Source of the DNA: Nemertoderma westbladi
Taxonomy: Eukaryota; Animalia; Xenacoelomorpha
Direction: 5' to 3'
Length of the DNA: 54,035 bases
Assembly (NCBI GenBank): GCA_032718475.1
Contig: JAUCBJ010007791.1
Coordinates: 1-54,035, forward strand
Shown here: piece after piece, positions 23,569-35,500 of the stretch
Layout of the letters: each line of letters opens with the position of its first letter
Position numbering within the stretch: the first letter of the stretch is position 1
Made by a program: the position numbers and the translations under genes
The notes under the pieces: generated by a model
Databases searched by the model: none
What the model was told of the DNA's origin: nothing
Seen by the model: only the letters and a program-made list of their open reading frames with translations

Positions 23569-25135
23569 TAAATCAAAGCCTTCCAAAATCTCCATTGACT
23601 TACCTGATGACGTCACAAATACTCACGTCGACCGGATTGTAAACTTAACAGACTCTTGGTCAAACGCTTGCCGAAAATTAGCGTGGATTGTACGTTTTGT
23701 ACAATACGTTAAAGGCAAACGCGACTTTACACGTCGACTTACTTTGGCTGAGATTGACAGGTGTGAGATTAAATTAATTCGCCATTACCAACTGCGATAT
23801 TTCGCGCGCGAATTCACATCCATAAATCAAGGTCAACCAATCAAGTCGTCACCAATACTGAGTTGGAGTCCGATTATTTATAATGGCTTAATTTGTCATA
23901 AATCTCGGCTTCAAAACATTGACTTTAACACAAACTTTAGGTACCCAATAATAATACCGCAACATCACGAACTACAACGTGCAATGATACTGGACGCACA
24001 TTTACATCTGAAACACGCTGGAAGACACCACTGTCTTTCCTACTTACGTACAAGATTTGTATTAATTAGACCCAGTAAAGCGTTAAGTTCAGTGACACGT
24101 ACGTGTATTATTTGTAAAAAGGTACATTCTAGAATAGGTACCCAGGAAATGAGTGAACTTCCACAAGCACGACTTCAAGCATTCAGACCACCTTTTACAG
24201 AGACTGGAATTGATTGCTTTGGTCCCATACATACGAAACGTGGACGTATACTAGTAAAACGCTGGGGACTGATTTTCACATGTATGTCCAGTAGGGCAGT
24301 TCACATTGAACGTGTGATGGATCTTTCCACCAACGCGTTTATACTAGCACTGCGGCGATTTATCGCTAGACGCGGACTAGTGAAATGCTTGTACTCAGAC
24401 CAAGGGACAAACTTTGTTGGTGCTCGGAATGAGATTGCTAGAGCCTTTAAGAAATTAGATCATGATCAAATCTCGAACGAACTACAACCTCACAAGATTG
24501 TTTGGAAGTTCAACCCTCCAGATAGTCCTTGGAGAGGCGGAGTCTGGGAGAGATTGATTAGATCTATAAAGACAGCCATGGCAAAGGTCATTCCAGTAAA
24601 CCATATATTGACAGACGACCAACTAACAACATTGTTTGTTGAAATCGAGGCAATACTAAATACTAGACCAATAGTATTAGTACCCGATGACAAACAATCT
24701 CAGTTTGCTTTGACTCCGGCACACCTGCTAATGCAGGCACCGACTACATTGACACCTATTTCTATTCCAATAGAAAGCGACAGCTACGGTAGAAAAGCGT
24801 GGAAAATCACGCAACTACTGGCTAACAAATTCTGGGAAATATGGCAAAACCATTATTTGCCCTCTATTTCTGCCAGAACAACTTGGTACAATAACACCCG
24901 CGCATTAAAGCCGGGAGATCACGTGCTGTTAGCGGAAGTGAATCTAAAAAGACGCTTCTGGATAACAGGTGTAATTTTAGCCACACATCCATCTATGGAT
25001 GGAGTGACAAGAACTGTGACAGTACGGACAATTGACGGTCGTACAGTAGACAGACCGACTCAACGTCTCGTACTTCTTGAAGAGACTCGTAACGAGTCTG
25101 GAGATTACAAATCTCCACCTAATACTAGTAAATAA
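23438..25135 (+). CDS. BEL/Pao integrase in the +1 frame relative to pol (frame open from 23438)
   Basis: HHCC (HLHLKH...CIIC); DDE motifs GIDCFGP, SDQGTNF, GGVWERLI; BEL-type C-terminal FWEIWQNHYL...RTVTVRT..RP region. Confidence 0.93.
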   Translation, partial: RSTYKVLTIKVRRQSNYNNILLVDPDGSTVNKGIPTGGPVGPSSKSKPSKISIDLPDDVTNTHVDRIVNLTDSWSNACRKLAWIVRFVQYVKGKRDFTRRLTLAEIDRCEIKLIRHYQLRYFAREFTSINQGQPIKSSPILSWSPIIYNGLICHKSRLQNIDFNTNFRYPIIIPQHHELQRAMILDAHLHLKHAGRHHCLSYLRTRFVLIRPSKALSSVTRTCIICKKVHSRIGTQEMSELPQARLQAFRPPFTETGIDCFGPIHTKRGRILVKRWGLIFTCMSSRAVHIERVMDLSTNAFILALRRFIARRGLVKCLYSDQGTNFVGARNEIARAFKKLDHDQISNELQPHKIVWKFNPPDSPWRGGVWERLIRSIKTAMAKVIPVNHILTDDQLTTLFVEIEAILNTRPIVLVPDDKQSQFALTPAHLLMQAPTTLTPISIPIESDSYGRKAWKITQLLANKFWEIWQNHYLPSISARTTWYNNTRALKPGDHVLLAEVNLKRRFWITGVILATHPSMDGVTRTVTVRTIDGRTVDRPTQRLVLLEETRNESGDYKSPPNTSK

Positions 25136-25747
25136 TTAGGAGTTTACAAATAGATTTCCACGTACCTGTACACTGTAGTAAAGACAGCGGTAGAATTCCA
25201 TTGTCTTTATATGTGAACATTAAGGGTGGTACCCTTATGTGTCACATAGGAGCGGGATTTGTAGGTATAAGAAATGGAATTCTACTTGGAACTCACAATA
25301 TTGAGACATTTTCGAAAATTTAGACAATCCATTTGGATTTGAAAAATTTTTAAAAAAAAAAAAAAATTTTCTCCAGTGAATAGATTTCAGGGTACAGTCG
25401 GGTGGAACTTAAAATTAGAGAAACAAGAGAGGAAGACTTGCGAGCCTTTCTTAAAATTTTTAATTAAATTTTACACGGTCTTGTTTCAATAAGTTACGTC
25501 AATAAATAGACTCCCCTATATTTATTACTAATTCTTGACTGCTTATTTTCTGATAATAGTTTGGGATCAAAAAGTGAGTATTTTAGACTCACGGCCAGTT
25601 TAGCCCAAATTCGTTTTTATTTCGGCAAAAAATTTTAGATAAGAAGCAGCGTGTCATTAAAGAAACCCTAGATCTTAGGCTATGGGTAGGAGGTTAGAGC
25701 GTTGTCGAGCCCAAAGGGCAGACGAAAACTCTCACGTCTCCTCACAA

Positions 25748-25781
25748 CTAACTATAAACTCTGTTGTATTCCCTCTAGTAG
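25748..25781 (+). promoter_or_regulatory. Splice acceptor upstream of ORF3
   Basis: CTAAC (25748) + CTCTGTTGTATTCCCTC + TAGTAG, ~30 nt before the strong-Kozak ATG at 25811. Confidence 0.6.
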
Positions 25782-25810
25782 CAATGATTATGTAACCATT
25801 ACTTCCAATA

Positions 25811-27432
25811 ATGGAGAAGGGGATACAAGGAGAGCCGAGATGGGGATATGATATCCAAGAGGAAGCAGCAGCGCCATTCGAAAGATTCGGTGCAAAGGAT
25901 TTAGTATATTTCGAGACGTGTATCTTCGCTGTGCGGGATCTCTTATCGAAAGACCATCTATGTTTACATTGTTACCCTATGAAGGAGAACGTATCGTGGA
26001 GATTACGGATGAATCACGGCAGACGCGCGCGCCTATCGGTCACCTTGGTGATGATTTCGAAGTAACTACTACGATCACTGACGATCCTTTAGAGGAACTT
26101 CTTGAGATAGAAAGGAACCTCCCGAAGAAATCTCAGACAGAGATTCGACAACTTGAAGCAACAGATGCTATAGTTTGTATACAACCTTCAGAAACCTACC
26201 AACCCATAGACCCAGATGATTACGATTATAGTATGGGAGGAAGCGCTCGACCGATTGGAGATCTTATATACGAACGAGTGTGGTACCCTGCCAATACGAT
26301 GTGTAGTAAATGTGGCGTCGCTGGACATCATATGGCAAAGTGCAGTGGAAAGCACATTACTACGACTCAGCTAATCTGTGGATGGTGTGGGGATCAAGGG
26401 TCTCATACCTTTTATACTTGCTGGAGATTTATGGCTCAATGTACTTATTGCAATATAAAAGGACATCGAGCATCTGAATGCCAACTAAGAGACATACCTT
26501 ATGAACACGAATCTGTAAAACTCGTGAGGAAGTTATTTGATGAGTGGGAAGATTTGGCCGACGAACATGTATCGGCACAAAGAAGACGGTTTCCGATGAG
26601 AGCGCATCTCGGATTTTGGGCGGTAAATCCTCAAACGATGATGTCGGAAGGATATATCTCCGCTATGCCCCAATATGACGAACTTATCGAGGTTGTCGAT
26701 ATTTTGCCCCACGACAGCGGATTCCGAGTGGTGCGCGAGTATCTACTACAGATTCACCCGGATGACAAAAACACGTGGAATTTTCAGAAAGTCGTTAATC
26801 GCATTACGTATGGTGAATTCGATCGTTTCCGAACTGAAAAGCGGAATAAAGGAGCTTGGTTAACCGTCGCATGGGCGTACCGAGCCGCGTTTTACCATAA
26901 ACGTATACGAGCGAGCGTATTCGAGGAAGAGGAGGTCCTAGAGGCGACAAATATACCAGCCACTCCGGTTGCGCCGTCTGCACGTCACCCTCGGGAGGAC
27001 GGACAGGGTAGGATCATACGGGTCCAGAAAGTGGGCCAACAATTAAAGAAAATTATTAATATAGAAGAACGCGAGGGAGCTGAGCCGACCATTCGAGTTA
27101 CTCGGGATACGGTATCGCTTCCTAGAGAACCAACAGGAGGATCGGGACACACACCAGCTGATCAGAAAGGGGCACAAGCTGCTCTTGGGTCTGCGTCGTC
27201 CGCTTCTCGCGCGTTCCCAGACGTTCTACCAACTGTAGTGACGACTGATCGGTCACGAGGAATCGGTCGAGGTTTTGGGATGCCAAATAGACGAATTTGC
27301 GAGGAAATAGTCGCACCGTCTCTCAACGTCCAAACGAAACCAGTGACTCGCCCCACGAGTCCCATATCGCGAGCAAAGTCACCTGTGCGCAGTTTTCGAG
27401 GACGCGGCAGGGCTCGATCAACTAAGCGATAA
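25811..27432 (+). CDS. ORF3 of element A: triple CCHC zinc-knuckle accessory protein with an Arg/Gly-rich basic tail (probable frameshift ~25900-25960)
   Basis: CSKCGVAGHHMAKC, CGWCGDQGSHTFYTC, CTYCNIKGHRASEC. The following domain aligns with the B and C proteins. ATG 25811 (MEK) resembles C's start (MEN) but is in a different frame from 25918-27432. Confidence 0.8.
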
Positions 27433-28199
27433 AAGGGAGGGCAAGGGTGGACGGAGGACTCGTGAGCCTTTCTTGTGAATTTGTGATTTATTTGAATTAT
27501 ATATTTTATATTTAATTAGTAAGTCTTGTATTCTGGAAAAACTCATATTTAGTAAGATTTATATTTTGTAAGAATTTATATTTTATATTTGTGATTATTC
27601 CGAACTTATGCAATTTATATTGTTCCGAATACTATGCAATTTATATCTTGTAAGCAGTATTTGTATTTACAGTGAAACAGAAAGTAAGAGTAGATGGAAG
27701 ACTCGTGGGCCTTTCTTATAGTTTTATTTGTAAAGTGTTATATTTTGTATTTAGAAAGTTTTATAGTCAGAAAGTTTTGTGCTCAGAAAGACTCATATTT
27801 GTAATTATTCCAAACTTATGCAATCTACATTTAGGTACGAAAGTATTTGTAATTATTTGAATTTATGCAATATTTGAGATGCAATAGTAGATGGAAGACT
27901 CGCGAGCCTTTCTTATTGTTTTCATTTATTTGTATTTGTAATTGTTTGAATTTATGCAATATTGAAATGCAATAGATTTATATTGGTGAATTTAATTTAG
28001 ATTTATATTGTACTTACTTAGTAAAGCCTTAAATACGTAAAGTTTGAATTTGTAATTAATTTTGTATCGAATCATTACGTAGAAAGGAAGTATTGTTTGA
28101 AACTTAATTGTAAATATGTAAGTACGCCCTAAGTATTTTATAGTTTGATTGATTATTGGTGAAAACCGTATATTTTATGCACGATAATATCCTGTTTTC

Positions 28200-28208
28200 A
28201 TGGAGCGG
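28200..28208 (+). other. Polypurine tract of element A (3' LTR inferred to start at 28209, reading TATAG rather than TG)
   Basis: TTTTCATGGAGCGG parallels the PPT of B and C (TTTTCTGGGAGCGG|TGT). Confidence 0.65.
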
Positions 28209-28235
28209 TATAGAATTATATTCCCTAAATGCCGT

Positions 28236-29419
28236 TGTTCGCGCTTTTGAAGACCTTTAGCAGTTTAACCTGCCAAAATTTATATGTCTTTTAGTTAATT
28301 AACACACCTTTAGCATACGACAATATTTTATGCTAATAAACAAAACATTAGCCGAAGCCAGCCCATGCGCGATCATTCACCCGATGGATCTACACCCGGG
28401 AGGCTGAATTCGGATGCTTAGATTTTATTATTGCAGTGTAAGGTTGCAGTGTAAGCCTACTGTATTATTCGATTGATTGCTAATATGTAATTTCTGACAG
28501 ATATTATTAACTTTCGGGAAATATTAACAGTTCCTTTAGGACGTGGCGCTCTATCTATTTAATCAGAGCTAGGACTTATACTAAACGCAACGATAAGGCT
28601 TATGATTAAAGTATAAGTCGCATTCTTTAGGAAATGCTTTGTTACCAGTCACATCACACTCACAATCATGCACACTATTCTGCCGACCGTCAGTATATTT
28701 GATCACACATAAAGAGAACAGCAATTGACTCAGGTAGTGTCTACTAAATAACATTAGATTCAATACACACCACATTGATATAAATCGCAATTGTTATATA
28801 TAGCCTGTCTCTCTAACCTGTAGTGTATCAAGAAATTGGGAAATTTGGGTGATTTATCAATATTCTCCAAATGACAATATTTCATCAACAAATCGATACA
28901 ATTAATAACTGACGGTAAATAGCAGTACAAACAATATGATTAGTGCAGTTAAATTAAGTGAGGTAACACCGCCGGTAACAGTTATACTTTCTATAATCTA
29001 AGCAGTTTTTGCTAGAGTTGTTCCAAAAGCCGGTGTTATGGCGAAAAATGGGAACACAACAACAGAAACATGTGACTACTACTACTATACGAGTATACCA
29101 AAAACTCTTATTCCACGAAGCCCCGTTCAACACAGAGGATGAGCATAGAGATAGGAAATTCAGTTCAGTAGCGCTGGGATAGGTCGAAATCAACGCCCAC
29201 GCAAATTCTATTGGCCGACAAGGGCAGCAAGGCTAAGGCAACCTCTCTAAGCTAGTTGGCCGATTAAACTGAGCCCAGATATCTCCGTATAGCACATCAG
29301 CCAATAAGCTGGTAGCTTGCACTATTTTAGTTATAAATCCCTTTGAGAGTATTCTAGCGACTGGGGGGGAACTGGCCAGCAAAGGCAAACGTATCAGTTA
29401 TCCCACAAAAGCTTTTACA
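28236..29419 (-). repeat. 3' LTR of element B
   Basis: Minus strand TGTAAAAG...GCGCGAACA. I spotted one mismatch (~29221) versus 38598-39781. AATAAA on the minus strand near 28425. Confidence 0.97.
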
Positions 29420-29428
29420 CCGCTCCCA
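29420..29428 (-). other. PPT of element B
   Basis: Minus strand TGGGAGCGG immediately before the LTR TGT. Confidence 0.8.
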
Positions 29429-29497
29429 GAAAATGGGATTTAAGTCTATAAAATATACAAAATCACAGTTTCTAAAATATAAAAATACTCTAAACAG

Positions 29498-30582
29498 TTA
29501 GTCTTTCTTGCGCGGACGGCGTTTACGCAGTTTTTTAAAGCTAGCAAGAGTCCTTTTCTCTTTGGGGCGAGCCGCTTTACGAGGAGGGCTATAACTCCTG
29601 GGTGAAGGGTGCAATATGATTGCATCAGAAGGTATGGGATTGCGATCGGTATATCCGCCGGTCGAAGTACCGGGTTGATTGACATCAACGTCCGGGGCGA
29701 GGGGTCTAACGGCTTTGAGAGCTCGTTTCAAGACAGCCGCTCTTACGGGTCCTTTACGAGTGGTCTGAACGAGGGCCGTGGGTGGACCATAGGCAGTTAG
29801 AAACTTCCTTGGTTTAATGGTTCTTTCCAACTCGCGTTCGCGGGCTCCGTACTCGTAAGGCCGTCGATATACTTCTTGTAACTCGGGGTGTGAGTTGACA
29901 AATAAGTCTCCATAGGCCGGATCTTGACGGATAAAGTTTATTAAGTTGTACGAATTGATGTCACTCGGATTAATGCTCCTGAGAAATTTGCGTACATATT
30001 TGGTTGAAATACATTCTCCAACGCGCTTCAATAGTTCATAACTTGATAGGCGCGATTTCTGCTCGACGGAGGCAAACAAATAAGGATGGAATGCATAAAC
30101 TCCTTCGTAAGCGCGTCCAGGATTATAGCGATGGCGCGAATCACAATGTAAATCAGTGTTCGCTTCCCAAGCTCTGATGTAACGTAGTGTGATCATTTCA
30201 TCTACGCTTTCCAAATCGTGATTAAAAGGACAATCGAAACTGGCATGTCCCTTTAGTTGACAATGGTGACATTGAGTCGTAAATTGGGGGCAGACAGCAA
30301 AAATGTGCAAATTATTAAGCCGACAATATGCACAATAGATTTCCATCGACGGTTGCTCGTGGAAATAGGAACAGAGATCGTTGGTGTCCATAGACGTAAT
30401 ATGGTCTCACGATGCGCACAACCGACAACGTTGCCGAGAAACATAGTTGACATGGCGATAATCGTACGCAGTGAGACACTGTGGACCTTGATACCATTCT
30501 AGGATGTAATCGTTGTCGCTGTTCCGAGCGCGATAGGCTGAATCTCCTCAGATTCTAGACATATTGGTTCGTCTTCCCAGTC
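29498..30582 (-). pseudogene. Zinc-knuckle accessory gene of B: N-terminus deleted, 1-bp deletion (~30530) and CGA>TGA (30407-30409); a 297-aa ORF from 30391 remains open
   Basis: Collinear with 51302-52385. CAYCRLNNLHIFAVC, CHHCQLKGHASFDC, KKLRKRRPRKKD tail. Confidence 0.8.
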
Positions 30583-30946
30583 TGTTACGAATATAATTTT
30601 CGTGATCTATTCTCGGTTTATCGTTACGACTCCGCTGGGTATGATATTTAAATAGAACCATTTCCCTTTCGGTGTATACATCGTCCGTATCATGTAAATC
30701 GATAGGATGGCCGGTAGTTAAAAAGTCCATATACGTACCATTACGATTCGTATAGCGAGCGGTGAATTTTCTATAGTCCAATTCACGCGTAAGTTGTTCC
30801 TGGGACATCGGCGGTTCGATATAACGACCATCGTCCTCCGTAATAGTCGGATCGGCTTCACCGCGTATCAAGCTATCCACAAACGCTTGTAAAGGTAGAG
30901 TATATCGCTCTCTAATACCAAGGTCATCTTCTATCAATTCCGTCAT
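30548..30946 (-). CDS. Small accessory ORF-X of B (132 aa, unknown function)
   Basis: The homologous frame is conserved in C (TDDVDTEREMVLFKYHAQRSRND, 54033-53926). Acceptor-like CAG just before the ATG. Confidence 0.55.
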   Translation of the reverse strand: MTELIEDDLGIRERYTLPLQAFVDSLIRGEADPTITEDDGRYIEPPMSQEQLTRELDYRKFTARYTNRNGTYMDFLTTGHPIDLHDTDDVYTEREMVLFKYHTQRSRNDKPRIDHENYIRNRLGRRTNMSRI

Positions 30947-32567
30947 ATCTGCTATCTGAGTTTATTAATATCAATATAAGTTAATATTTTAGGCAAGCGG
31001 GCGTCGCTGCCTACTAGGCTTTTGCCCCCGGACAGTGGGTTTCTCAGCGCCGATGTACCGCTGTCGCAGTGTTTACGCCAACATGTAGCAACAGCACGAC
31101 AACGATAACCGGCACAAGTCCCACCACTGTCCGTCCCAAAGGCTTGAATCCACTTGAGGTTATCTCGGTAGAGTTAGGGCTATTTTACAATTGCGATTAA
31201 CTACTGTAAACACACTTTAGTAGTAACATTCACCTATAAACGCACAAATTCCATACAATCATTGCTTACTGCACACATGCATGCCATTTGTCCGTTAGTC
31301 AGTGTCTTCCAGAATGTCACGTTATTACTATGTATCCTGGGATACTAATAGCGCGCTATGTATACTCTTATGCTACGCAATGGGGCAAGCTTTTTATTGT
31401 TCTTTTAACTTGCTTCTAATTCTAGCGTGGGTGTTGCCATGGTGACATTATGGAAAACTAGCGGTAGAATTAGGGTAATTCTCATGCATACAGATCTGGG
31501 ATGTTATTTAATAGTAATTCTTTAGTTGTCAATATCCTCTTTATGCATGATTTTATAAATTTTATCGGCTATTGACTATATGTTGGAGATTCTCGCGCTC
31601 TAATACACTCAATATGAATCTCCGCTCCCATGATCTATTAATTACTGGAATTTTGGGAATGTTATAAATTGCACAAAATGACAATTTATGAAATTCATTT
31701 GAATATGAATTTAAATTTGTTCCCGTGAATTTTATTATTTGATGTTAAAATGACACAAATTTTATTCCAGAGCATATCTGGGGACTTAGGATCCTTAATT
31801 CTATAAAATAGTCCTTCTAAGAATATCGTTAAATACTGCGATATCTTAATTGACTAGAAATTTTAAAGGATCGGGATTTTACAGATTTTAATAAATATTA
31901 ATTAATATTTAGGAGGGGCACCGATTTATTCCAGAACTTGTCTGGGGACGTTAACCACTGATTCTAGAATTTGTCTTTCAAGTATATCGGTGGGTGCCAC
32001 GATATCTTAATCGACTAGAATTACAGATGGTCAAAAGTTTAACAGATTTATTTGCGATTTACGCTACTGTTAGAGGGACATCACGCTACTATATGTATTA
32101 TTTGTTATAAGGTAGAAGAGCAATATCGCACGAAGCAATGTCAGTGTGAAGAGGCAAGTCGTTTCCAAGGTCTACCCAGAGCTTGGTTTAGCCGAGACTC
32201 GAGGATCTGAACTTTGCATTCCTAATACTCTGCCTACCAATAATACTTAAATATAGTAGTGGCTTTATTGTACTTTAATAAGTACTGACATGTCATCTTA
32301 CTATAGTCTCGCATTTATAATATAATACGGACAGTAAGGAAAGAGAAAAATAATTATTTCTTGCCGTCGCACTAAATATATTATAAGTAATTAAGTACGT
32401 AATAAACACTAATATATTGCACTAATTTACTAAATATTCTAAAATAACATTCTACTAAATAAAATTAAAGAAAACGATTATAATAAAATTACATAATAAT
32501 ACATACATAAATATAAAATAAAAAACAAATATAAAATGATATAGTCACACACCCACTCCATATGTTA

Positions 32568-35500
32568 TTATGTTATGGAGTCCCTAGATATTTGTCGGAT
32601 TAGGGAAGTGGTCGTAGGAAGAGTATCTTGCCTTCCATAGTTTCCGGACAGTTTTTGGTCTCTTTCCAGTAAACATAAACGACCAGCTGGGTGATTGGGT
32701 ACTCGTGTTACTTTCTCCGCTCCCTTGGCCTGTCTAATCTCAGCCGGGTTAAGGTGGGGAGGCCATTCATCTTCTTCTTTACTTAGGGAGTCGGGTCCAC
32801 CTAACCAGCCGGGAGTATCGATCCGTTCTTGAGGAGTCGCTCCTCTGGAAGCGATGTCGGCTAGATTAATCATCTCGGGGCGATGTCTCCATTGATCTTC
32901 ATTGGAGTTAATATCGTCATTATCTGAGGAGTATGGTGTTCCCTCAGTTAGTTCGTCCACTTCACTGCTCTCCACTTCCCAACCATTTATCTGGCATATT
33001 CTTTCTGGTGGTAGTCTCTCTTCGAGAGTTCTGCGGGAAGGGCCAGTAAAGTACCAACCTACTCTAGTTCTTACCGCATAGGTTTGTAGTGGCTGCGGTT
33101 GAGCAGGTCGTTTTTCCAATGTCTCGAGCGCCTCGTGCGCGTTTTGGCCGATAAGTATTTGCACTCCAGGATAATCCGTCTGGAATCGAGGTATTTTAAG
33201 TTGTTGGATGCTCTTGTCCTCGTTCCAGTTATAAGGCTCTACTTGGGTATTAGCGAAGTTCTTTATAGCTACCATTTTTACTGACCTTATACTTTGTTCT
33301 CCTAATTTATCCTGTGGGGTGGACAACGCACCTACATAGTAATCTGCCGTTATGGTAGATTTCCAAACCTGTATAACTCCTGACATATTTAACTTAGTTC
33401 GGAATTTGGGTTGTCCAGCAAAGATGTCTTCGGCTAGTTCTTGATCGATGAATGTTCCTGTACTGCCGGAGTCAAGGAGGGCATTCACTATGTAACTTTT
33501 GTTAGGACCCTGAACTCTTACCTGCACTACAGGAAATTCTCTGATTCCTACGTTGGAAGTTGAAGGTTTCCAGGATGGTTGTCTGTCAAAGTTAGTTGGG
33601 GAGAACTCATTGTCGGTGTCCTTTTCGTAAGTAAGTGCTCGATACACTGCGGTATTTATTAGGTAACAGGATTCGTTGGCGTCGGAGAATTCGTCCGTAT
33701 AGAATCCTTCCCACTCAGAACTTTGGTCAGTGTCGTTCATATCACTGAATTGGACATGTGATTTGGGCTCACTTACCTGACTCGGGCTGTTTCGTTCGAA
33801 TTCACTTTGTAACAAGATGTGATGTTTCGCACCGCACTTTGCACACTTTATGTCGGAGTAACAGGTTCGCCGCTGGTGTCCGCGTCTGAGGCAATTATAG
33901 CATAACCGCTTGTCCCACACAACTGTACGTCTGTCTACAAGGGATTTCTTTAGGAATTCCGCACACGCACTCAAACGGTGGGGCCCGTCGCACAGCGCAC
34001 AGTTGGGTTTAATGTTACTCACCTTATTTTGGGTGACGTTATGCACTCTAGTTCTTTCTTCGGGCTTTCTTCCGTGTACTCTGTTAGGAAACTGAAGAGG
34101 AGTCTTAGCAACCTGTTCTCTCCTGTCATGGGTTCGAGCTTTAGATTTACTTACGTCCTTTGAGGTCTTGTTAACATAGTAAAATTTCTCGGTGTCTTTC
34201 CCGCTGTCTTCTTCTTGAGAAGCTTGGCTTTCGCCGTCATCAGTATAACACACCGGTGTTACTCTTCTCCTAGAAACGGGTTTCTCACTTACCTTATTTT
34301 CCGGTGTTTTCTCTCTGGATTGCTTTAGGAGTTGTAATTTCACCTCGCCATCCAAGAATGACACGAGATCAGCCATGGTAGGGTCTCGTTGTTGTTGTTC
34401 CATCGTATATAACACCTTCTTGTCCCAGCGTGTACCTACTCCACCCTTGGGCAAAGTAGATGCTAAGGCTCCTACAACCATAGAATTCTGGTATTCATGA
34501 GACTTACCTAACCAATCTAGTTGTCTACAGATCTCCTGAATCTCATCGGAAAACTCTATAATCCCGCTGCTAAGAAACTTTCGGGGGGCCATTAATTTCG
34601 CATATAAATACCTAGCTATGTTATTCCTATTACCATACCTGATGTTTAGTGTATCCCAAACTTGTCTTAATCCATCTGGATGTCCAATAAATTTTAACGC
34701 CATTGACTTGGGAGGTCCTTCCAAGCACTCGATGAGGAATCTAAGTTTCTCTCCGTTGGATAACACAGAGTTCTGTATGTTATCTTTATAATATTCATTA
34801 AAAGGTAACCATTTCATCTCATCTCCATTGAACTTGACTATCTCTCCAACCTTTACCGCTTGACGGGCTTCGGTTCTAGCCATTTGATGCGTAAAACTTT
34901 CTTGGGCCATCGTGTTATTGAATATCGAGTTATCGGTATATAAATTTCTCGGATTATTATCAGGTCTATTGGGAATGTCATTAACAACAGGCGTATAATC
35001 ACCCTTAATAGGGTTTGCTATAGGAGTTTCTACTTCACTAGTAGTATAGATGCGTGTAGGCTCCACACCTTGCGCATGTAATACTTCAGACCTAACAGGC
35101 TGACACACTGTTACAGGGGTTATTGGTATTCCCTTTTGTAGGTTGACTAATTTGTCGCATTCTAGTGCGATACTTTGCTGCACTTTTTGCAACTCTAACC
35201 TACTTTCCCTTACTGTTCCCTTGAGCTGCTGAACAGTCTCTTCCATTTCCCGGACTTGCTGAGAGGAGCACAAACAGTGTTCCCTCAGCTGCTCGAGCAG
35301 GAGACCCATCTCCCGTCGTCCCTCAGCTACCCACTCAACCGCCGAAGCGGGAGTCGCCAACGTAGTAGCGGGCGAGCGAGAGACGACGGGCGATAAATTC
35401 TTGATCTCTCGCTCGGCGTCCAGGACGGGTTCGGACTCGGGAACAGTCCTACTGGGTACAGGTAGTTTAGTACTGTACAAAGGGAATTTATAGGCAGTTT

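Noticed and set aside
25918-27432. ORF3 as an envelope gene
   Set aside because: No signal peptide, TM anchor or fusion-protein cysteine pattern. The cysteines form zinc knuckles.
28209-28219. TATAGAATTAT near both B and C insertion sites (also 49987-49997) as a target motif
   Set aside because: AT-rich 11-mer at different distances from the LTR (16 vs 23 bp), plausibly chance.
28581-29193. Short ORFs within B's LTRs
   Set aside because: Short, without homology cues. They are duplicated only because the LTR is, and conservation in C is no more than nucleotide similarity predicts.
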